A stretch of 57,506 nt of DNA, taken from contig JAHBMJ010000070.1 in NCBI GenBank assembly GCA_018398765.1, forward strand, positions 1 to 57,506, read 5' to 3'. The notes below the pieces were generated by a model. The model did not search any database, had not been told where the DNA came from, and saw nothing but the letters and a program-made list of their open reading frames with translations. Both the position numbers and the translations under genes were made by a program. Positions 48,944 through 57,506 of the stretch are shown here, piece after piece. Position 1 is the stretch's first letter. Every line of letters begins with the position of its first letter. Origin of the DNA: Chromera velia. Lineage: Eukaryota.

Positions 48944-51900
48944 ATGGAAATCCCTCCACGGCTGCAGCAGCTGTTCAAGGAGGTGCCTGCAGAATGGCAC
49001 GCAACTGCTCTGAGGGCCTTGAAGGTCGCAGAGGCGTACGCAGGGACGGGCAACAGTGAAGGACGCCAAGGGACACGTCTGGTTGTGTGCAAGGTTGATG
49101 ACTTCCTTCCCAAGGGTGACGACGCTCAGACTGGGGTGGACGCAGCATCTCAGATAACAACCTCATATGGAGGTGTGAGCAAGGACAACATTCGGAAATT
49201 CCCCAAAGACATCAAGACTGAAGAGGGGAGGAGTGACTTGTGCGAACGGATGAACGACGACGGGGCACTCATCATTGACGGTCCAACCGGTGAGTTTGGG
49301 GCCTAGCTCTTGCTTCCCTCTAAAGTATCGGGTCTTACTGTCGTCTCACTGGCATTCATTCTGCCCTCTTCTCTGTGTCTCCCTTGTTCTCTCAGGTGAG
49401 TTTCGGGCCTCCGGTTTCCGTCTGAAGTACGAAGGGACAGCACCCTCCACTGGGGGGGGGCTAGGTGCAGCAGCTTCCCAGGAGTGTGCAAAGAATGTGC
49501 CCGCCTTCGTGGTGATGGTTTCAAAGGACGGTGCTATAAAGGTCTATGCAGGAAAAGCAGATCCTGTAGTCTGGAAGGGGGACAGAAAAGTAACGCCTCC
49601 CCAAATTCGTAAAAGATATCCCCCCAGCCTGAAACCGCGTAGAGGACAGGGAGGGGACGACTTTTTCTTTGGCAGAAAAGGACCCTTGGAGCAGCTGCTA
49701 GGATGGGTGGGCAGTGACAGAGAAGAGGGGGGGGGGCAGGGTGTCAGCGAAAGTTTTGTGCAGGGAGAGCCGTTCATCCTCATCTCGGGAATTGGGGGGG
49801 TGGGCAAGAGTCAGTTGGCCTGCGAGGTGCTCCACCGTTGCGAGTTGCCTCTGACAAAGATTTGGATCAACGCAGCCTCGCCTGAGCGTTTGCAGAGAGA
49901 GTTAGAGCAGCTTTGCGAAGACTTCAAGGAGGTGGGGGTAGCAGTCTCCAGTAGTTCTCAGCTGCGTGGGTGGTTGGAGAGAAACCGTCACTGGATTCTG
50001 GTGGTGGACAATTTAGAAGACCCAGAGCTTCTATGGGATTTCATTCCGAAAAACCATAACGGCACAGTGGTGATCACCTCTCGTGATGATTCCAATCCCA
50101 TGACACCCCCTCCCAAAACGATGAGACTCGACACACTGCAACTCCCAGATGCCCAGATACTTCTTCAGACACTCGGAAAGAGGCCCGATGACGTCAGTGG
50201 TTCCGAAAAGCTTGCAAAGGTTCTCGGTTGTCTGCCTCTAGGCCTCGTGATGGCTTCCTCCCTTGTCGCACAGAAGAGAGGGATGCTGTCTTTCTCTGCT
50301 CTGGCAGAAAGAGTCGAATCAGAGAGGGAAGAGGTGGTGGCGTTCCTGGAGAGCATAGGGGAAGTGCAGGAATGGACTGGGTATCAGCACAGCATCATTA
50401 GTCTGTGGAGACAGCAGAGGGAATTCCTTTGTGAAAATGGGCTGAAGAGGGCAGCCGTGGTGATGGAGTGTCTCTCCTTCGCAGACAGAACCGAAATCTC
50501 TCACGAGATCTGTCAAATGGTCAGCCGGCGTATAGCGCGGCGTCGAATGAAGGAATTGACTCCATGAAGACGAAAGCGCTTGTCCAAACTGCAGCACTTT
50601 GTTTGAGCATTCATTTATTTATGCATCCATTCATTCATTCATTCATTCATTTACCCATTCTCTCAATCACTTAATCAATCATTCGATCAATCCAGTCGAC
50701 CATCAATCGCCCGTGAATTTATTTCTTCATTCATCCATGCGCTCATCATTCTTCTTCATGGTTCTTCGTGATGCACGTAGACTGGGAGTCCTCGAACGAC
50801 AACCCAGCGCTGATGGTTTCCCACTGAGCGAACGTTTGTATCTTGACATTTTACTTTCCCTGCCTGTCTCGCTCGCAGATATTTGAGACGTGCAAAGCCA
50901 AGGACGGCAACACGGGTTATGGCGTGCAGTCCGGAAATTTCTCTTCCTGTGTCAACGCTCTTCCTGCGCAGTCTCTCTGTACAAGACTGTCAGAGGAACA
51001 GAAAGCAGAAAACAAACGAGGAGGTTTGGGGGGGTCAATTGTGCCTACCGGGTTTCAGAGAGAGGAGTTTGCAGTGAAACAGTGGTACACCATTCATGAG
51101 CTCACGCAGCTTGCCGTCCGTATGGAAATGCGAAGAAAATTGGGNNGGGGGGGGCACAGCTTCAGAGGAGAAAGAGCGTTTCAATCTAATGGCATGGGCG
51201 ATGTTTGTGGGCAGACGCACGAGCAGGTGGGAGCCCGAAGATCTCGAATGCAGATTTCCCACACCGTCAGGCAGGCACACCCACCAGCTGCAACTGTTGA
51301 AAAGATGGGCCCACGCGGTTGAGAAGAAAGAGGCGTGGGCAGAGGTGGAGGTTGGGGAGGTGAGGGCGCTGATGCTGTTGTGTCTCTGGTTTGAGAGACT
51401 GTTCTTCCAAGTCCACTGGAGTCAGCGTATCCTGCGTCCGTGGCTATTGAACGAAATCGAGAAGCACTGGTCTAAAAGTCGATCTCAGTCTGGTTCTGTG
51501 CTTGTTGCAGAAATTGTCAGAGAGTGCCTCCTCGAAGTCGTGTACGATGAGAAAGTGCACCTCGGAAAGGCGGTTGCCGTTCTTGCGCACATTCTTCGGA
51601 GTTTCATATGGGGCGATGTCGAGTGGCAGGGGACTTTGTTTGCACACATCGCGAGGGACAGACAAGACTCTGTCTCTCTACCCTACCGATCTCTCATCAG
51701 AATGCTGTCTCTGAAGATCCCCCACCTTTCTATCAGACCCAGAATCCCCCTTCTGCTAATCAGCGCTCGTCATCACCTCCAAGAGGGGGATGGCGAGGGG
51801 GCTGCTCGGCTCCTTCTCCTGTTGACCGACGATGTGAGCAAAAGAGGAGTCTCAGAGTTAAAGGGATTCATTCAAGAGATTAAGCCGTCTCTTCAAGATG

Positions 51901-53555
51901 CCCTCTCCCTTCTCCAGAATACCCAAGACGCAGCATGGCACTCTGCCCCTCGAGTCTCTGCTTCCCGCTCCTATGTTGTCAAACAGATCACAAAGGAACC
52001 CCCCAATAGTGATCTCATCTCACGGCGTCACCTCTTCGCCTCTCTTGTATGCAAGGCCGGACTTGAGCGGCTCCTCGGGTACCGCGCTCGCTCTGCAGAG
52101 ACTCTGGGCATGGCCTCCGCGCTGTTGCCCGACCGTTTCTCTGACGGCTTCCGCGGTCAGTTAAGCGCTGTCCTTCCGACCCTTGCGAGTGGCAGCGGTA
52201 TCCGTATCGAGTCTGCCAGTGCAGCCGCGGACCGTTTCTCCCCCGACACTTCCCCAGTGGACTGTGAAGATCTCTCTGCATTCTTCAGAGCAAGAAACGC
52301 GATGTGGACAGAGGTCGGAAACAAGAAACCCACGCAGACCCCCACCGCAAGAGCGATGGGAAGGGGCTGCCTCGAAGTAGCAGCATCGATAGACCAGGCA
52401 GTACAGCAGAGTCGGAAAGTTGCCGAAAAGAGGTTTGAGGAGGACCGCCGTCTTGCGAGGCTATTTGATTTTTTGGACCTCATGGTCGTGGGTGAGTATG
52501 CAGAGGCACACGCACGTCTTGTGCCTGTCTTTCTCAGCACTCTGACCGCAGAGGGGGAGAACAGTCCCTGGGACTGGAAAGCACGGTTCCAACTCTTCGT
52601 GCTCCTCGCATACATCCAGCTTATCCCTCAGCTCTCACAGCAGCAGTTGGAGAGTGGGGGGATCTCCTTACCTAACCCAGAGCTAGCACTTCAGACGTTC
52701 AGCCACAAGGTCTCTCGAGGCTTCCCAGGAAGGTCAAACAAGTTAGCAAGTCTCCAGAGGATGTTCAGTGAGGCCCCCTCTCTGTATCGCTACGAGCTCT
52801 TTGAGTTTCTTGTGTGGCGCGCAGTCGACAAATTCGTTTCCGAGGTGTGTGGAGAGGGGGACGGGAGTCTTGAGGGAAGCTGCCTAGAGGCACTCGAGCT
52901 CGATTTGCAGGAGGCAGTGGGGGGGGAAGACACATTGGGGTGGACGGGGTGGGAGAGAGAGACAGCTCGAAGCGTTTCGTTCTATCCAGAATTCGAAAAG
53001 TGGAGACTTTTGCATCCAACGAATAGAGGAATTCTCTACTGGCTGCTCCCTGCTTCAGTCCGTCTCCTGCAGGAGAGGGGGCAAGTCGAGAGAGTCTCGG
53101 AGTTCGAGAGAATGGGAGAGATTTGCATGGTGATGGAATCTGATTCAGAGCCTTTGGAGGTTCACCGAGAGTCGGTAGAGAGAGAGGAAAGTCCGCCTGT
53201 TGCAGCACTTGAGAGAAGGAAGAGTGTTGTGTGGGCAGAGGTCAAGGCAGCGTTAAAGGAACGAAACAAAAAAAGAAAAGGGGGAGAACCGCCGCTTTTG
53301 CTGGAGCTTCCCAGAAAATTCAAAGAGCTCTCTTTTCTGGAGGATAAATTCCACATTGAAGGAGCTCGTTTCATCTCTTCCGTATCACAGGAGAGTCTCT
53401 CTAGGAAGTCTGTATTCTTCTCAACGATCATGACGATGAACTTCAGGCAGATGTCCCACGACGATTGTATGGAGTCGAAAAAGCTGAAAGACCTCTCACC
53501 GGACGAGCCCATTCACAACAGACTCTTTCTCCGGGTGGTGTGGAATGAAGATTGA
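48944..53555 (+). CDS. NLR-like STAND protein: N-terminal DisA_N/diadenylate-cyclase-like domain + NB-ARC + long helical C-terminus, ~1380 aa
   Basis: Exons 48944-49289, 49396-50519, 50879-53555; the frame switch at 51142-51154 lies in a poly-G containing NN. DAC-like: EGRQGTRLVV..MNDDGALIIDGPTG|EFRASGFRL..GGGLGAAAS..VVMVSKDGAIKVY. NB-ARC: FFGRKGPLEQL, Walker A GIGGVGKSQLA, WINAAS, Walker B WILVVDNLED, VITSRD, LGCLPLGL, MHD-like YTIHELTQ. Confidence 0.8.
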
Positions 53556-53779
53556 TTGACTGATTGCATGAAGGCTGTGAGGAAAAAGCCAGCTGTAGAA
53601 AATCACAAGCCTTTTCCTCGCCTCAACACCCTCGCTTGTGAAAAACTCCGATCGGGAAGCCAAAAATAGCCAAAATTCTTGTGTTTCCCGTTTTGTCTTT
53701 TTCTCTTTCTATCTTTCTGTCTTTCTTCGTTCGATCGTTTGTTCTTTGGTTCTTTCGTTCTTTTTTTTGTTTCATTCTT

Positions 53780-53850
53780 TTTTTATTTTCTTCTTCTTCT
53801 TCTTCTTCTTCTTCTTCTTCCTCCTCCTTCCTTCCTTCCTTCCTTCCTTC

Positions 53851-53885
<35 letters not shown>

Positions 53886-54000
53886 TAACTTCTTTCTTTC
53901 CTTTCCTTCCTTCCTTCCTTCCTTCCTTTTTTCTTTCTTTCTTTGTTTGTTTGTTTGTTTGTTTAATTTTTTGTTTGTTTGTTTGTTTGTTTGTCTGTTT
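53780..54000. repeat. Compound microsatellite (TTC)n/(CCTT)n/(CTTT)n/(GTTT)n
   Basis: Directly visible simple repeats. Confidence 0.95.
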
Positions 54001-55045
54001 TGCGTGTTCTTCATTTATTTGTTTGATGATGATGGCAACTTTTCTGATTCTTTTGAAAGCCGCTTTTTTTTAAAAAAAAGAATCATGATGCATGTAAATT
54101 ACTTAAGGGTTAAAAGAAGGGAGTTTATTTATATTACATACTATGGCACAGTTTTTCAGTTATCAATTGCCAGTAAACTTGTTGTTGTTTTCAAACAGAA
54201 CTTGAAAAATGTGTTGTTCAATTAATTGTTGTTGATATGTTAGATATATAATTAATTTATTGATGTCAATTAAATTCTAGAGTAAATTTTAATTTCCTAA
54301 ATGGAGCTTTAATGAATGAACAACTGCTAGAACAACTGTTGTTTTAACTTCTTTAAATGTTACTTTACTATTGTTCTATTCTCCGAGTCGATATCTTATA
54401 ATAATAAACAATTGTTCTTGGCTACGATATTGCATTGATAATTCGATTGAATTGTACACTTGTTGTTTCACTGCTGTACGGTGTTGAACTATGTTAACAC
54501 AGTACTAATAGCTGTTGATGGCACTGCACATGTTGTTACATCTCTATTTCGTTTAATTTCATTAATTTAAAAAAATGTATACCTAGATGTATACCCTTTT
54601 TTCCGTGTAATTCTAATTTAAAAATTGGTTCCAAACTATTAGCTCCTTATATATTTTTAGCGTGCTAGTTAGCGTCTTTACTTATAACTTGATTGATTAA
54701 TAAATCATGTAGCATTGAAATTAGAAGTCTTTTTTATTGACTTGAACTGACTGAGAATTTGAAAAATAAAGGGAAACGTTACCCTTTGGTGATCGAATCG
54801 GTCATGCTAGGCACACCCGTTACTAGAATGCAATCTTTTTTTCAGAGTTATCAATGATGATTTCAAATTAGTATCGATCATTTCTTAGTTGTCTGCTAGG
54901 TTGTCTACTTGCATTTACTGTCTCAACATTGAAACTCCAAGCTTAACAAGCTTAAACATGCCTAAACTTTAAAGCGCGCTTGGGCCCGGCATCGTCAAAC
55001 ATAATAATCTGCCCGCATTGGCATGAGGAGGCAAGGAGTAGGGCG

Positions 55046-55274
55046 CTAGTATTGGAGCCCTGTCTTCTTTCCCTCGTGGCATACGACTGAGTCTGCCCCG
55101 AAGTTTCCCTTGAGGATCTGCCTGAGGCGGGCCTCGTCGACGTCCCTCATGACGCGGTTGTCTTTTTTGAAGACATTCGAGTACTTTTCGTTGGCATTCG
55201 TGTCTGAATACTCAAAGTACCTGTGGAGGAGAGGGAATGAAACAAGATCAGGAGGAAGGAAAGAGGCAAACACG

Positions 55275-55326
<52 letters not shown>

Positions 55327-56955
55327 CCTACAATCACATACTTTGAAGATGTTAGATCATGGGAGGTGCTGAGAGGGGAGGCGGGAAACAGCGAAGAAGG
55401 AAGCGAGCACAATGCGGCAAATTCTTCTCTCAGCCAGGACAGATGGCCTGACTATCATGCGCCCAGAGGCGGGGCCCTCCACATCCCTCGCCTCTCTTTT
55501 GTGATTCCTTCTGCCAGTGTCAACTACTTCGATCGGTACCCTTCGGTTGAAAAGACGTCCATGTGTTTTCGCTTCAGATTTTTCATTAATCATTTCCTTC
55601 GCGAATTGTTTCTGTCTTGCATAATTTGAGCTTCTTTTCTCCCCGCCTCTGTCCTTTTCTCTCTTTCCTCTCTTCCTCTTCTTATCTCGCCCCTCTGTTC
55701 TTTCCTCTTCTCTTCTCTCTTCTTGTCTGGCCTTTCTTCTCTTCTTTCCAGGATCTGTCAAATGCGGAGAGTCGACGTACCCATACATGAACATAGTCTA
55801 AATCTTCTTTCCTTCTTTTACTCCCTTTTACTTTGAAATTCTTCCACAGATGTTTCAAATGCATCCCCACATTTTCCGAAAGAGGCAGTGCAAGGTTTGC
55901 CGGCAGAACCGAAAGAGGCCAAGGAGAGATCGCAGGGCGGGAAGGCGGTGTCGCAGGGGAATTTGCGAAATTAAAAAAAGAGTGTCGATGAAAAAAAGGT
56001 TCTAGCTGCTGACGTACCAGCTATCAGGTCCTGTTCTGAAGACTGCAGTGAGTCGGACCCAGTGGGCCATGAAGGACATGGCGTCAGGAGGGTCGGGGCC
56101 GTACATCCATGCGTTCAGGTAGAACGGCTCTGTGAGAAGGATGATGGGCGTTTTGTCAAGTGCCGCTCTCGAGGCCTTCTTTGCTGCGATTCTCTCTCTG
56201 GGAGTGCGTACGGTCGGGAGCTGCTTCAACTTTTCGATGATGTCGCCCTCGTCCATCTTCTCTGCTTCTGAGCACCCTTCTGGCAGGACTGTTGAGAGAA
56301 TGTCCATCAGGGCGCCGCTCGTGGACCCTCCCTTCATTGCGCTGGGGCCTGCAGACATCAGAAGGTTGGTCTCCTCGTTCAGGGCGTAGGCCAGAATCGC
56401 GTCTGGCGCCCTCATGTTACCCAGGTCGTCTTCCTTGACTCTCAGTTTTCCGGTCTTCATATTTATGATGGTTTCTGGAGCATCGTCAAATCCGTTGTCC
56501 TCTTGGTACCATTTGGAGGTATCCTGCATCCTTTTTGGCCATTTGCCGTGGCAGTAGATCTGTCGGAACAGACGCACGTAGATCTCGGGGTGCACTGCTG
56601 CGAGCATGCGAACGATGCTCATGAAACCGCACCAATTCGCACGTCCTTGCGTGATCTTTTCCCAGTAGTCCCCTTGCACGACGCGTTTGATGCTTCTCGT
56701 GACTGCGGCATGACTCCATCTCCCTGTGGTGCCCCACTTGTCTGCATTCGGACACTGCGCCTTCTGGTCCAGAAGGTCCAGTTCAGTCTGGAGCTCTGCG
56801 GAGGATCTGGACTTTTTCTCCAATTGGAAGAAGGAGGAGGAGGAGGAGGAAGCGGACAAGGACTGGGTGCTGTACAAACAGAGGCAGACAAAAAGAGCCA
56901 CAAGGACGGTCAATGACGACCACCTCGCTTCTCCGCGTCCCGCTCCGATTGGCAT
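55046..56955 (-). CDS. Secreted papain-fold (C39-like) cysteine-peptidase-like protein, ~370 aa
   Basis: Exons 56955-56018 and 55220-55046, phase 2 (GPDSW|YFEYSDT). Hydrophobic signal LTVLVALFVCLCLYS. Oxyanion Q and nucleophile C in ITQGRANWCGFMS; H and D in AHWVRLTAV...YFEYSDT. Confidence 0.6.
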
Positions 56956-57506
56956 GATTCTGATCAGTGCACCTTCACTCTCAGTGACGCAATCCGCGGT
57001 TCAAAGTCACTCGGAGTCTTCAATTCTGGGGGGATTGGCCAAGAGTCACCTCAACTGACAGATACAGAAAAAAAAGTCGAACAATCAATTCGAAAGATGA
57101 TGTCTCCTTTCAAGGATTGATCCCCTGTCAGACTGAAAAATGTATATAAGGATGAAGCCTTGCGTGCAGTGGGTTGTGTCTCGTGCATACATTCCAGGAT
57201 ATACAGGACGCTCTCACTTCGTTGTGAGGCATTTGAGTTGTTATGCGGAGAGCTCCAGTTCCAATTATATAAATTGCGAATTCTATAACGATCGCGAGGA
57301 ATCCGAAGTTTACACAATTATAATGATCGACACTGAAAATCCTCATATGTAATGCGTATACATGCAGTATCGGTACTGTATCGGTCTGCAGTCACCATGC
57401 GTGGAGCCGGTTGGGGACACGTATACGCATGCGGGCTTGCATGGCACGGGACCCGCGGCGGGCGGGGGTCCGAGGCAGTATAGGGCCGGCGCCCGGGGAG
57501 GCAAGG

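Noticed and set aside
51141..51155. Frameshift in the NLR gene as evidence of a pseudogene
   Set aside because: It falls in a poly-G run containing NN, so the run length is undetermined. Frames are open on both sides; probably an assembly artefact.

Overview
Intron-rich eukaryotic genomic DNA with GT-AG introns, many microsatellites and DNA-transposon/LINE debris. The RAP-domain gene, abundant TGCATGCA/GAGAC motifs and base composition suggest an alveolate, possibly a chromerid such as Chromera (inference only). From left to right the window holds: nested non-autonomous DNA transposons (0.3-1.9 kb); a multi-exon tandem-CCCH zinc-finger gene; a small secreted Cys-containing protein; a decayed LINE; an 11.5-kb array of 17 ~680-bp units, each with a 17-bp inverted repeat; more MITEs; a helical-repeat/RAP-domain gene; a hypothetical gene; a RING-ankyrin pseudogene; a LINE 3' remnant; a head-to-head immunity-like gene pair; and a secreted papain-fold peptidase-like gene. 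The pair is the highlight. On the - strand is a ZNFX1-like SF1 RNA helicase with NF-X1 zinc fingers and two C-terminal PARP/ART domains, interrupted by two in-frame stops and a frameshift. On the + strand is an NLR-like STAND (NB-ARC) protein whose N-terminal effector slot holds a DisA_N/diadenylate-cyclase (DAC)-like domain, visible only after splicing a 106-nt intron. Repeats and pseudogenes show many C>T/G>A transitions, often CpA/TpG>TpA, suggesting RIP-like mutagenesis. All domain calls come from motif recognition by eye and all gene models were spliced by hand; no searches were run.
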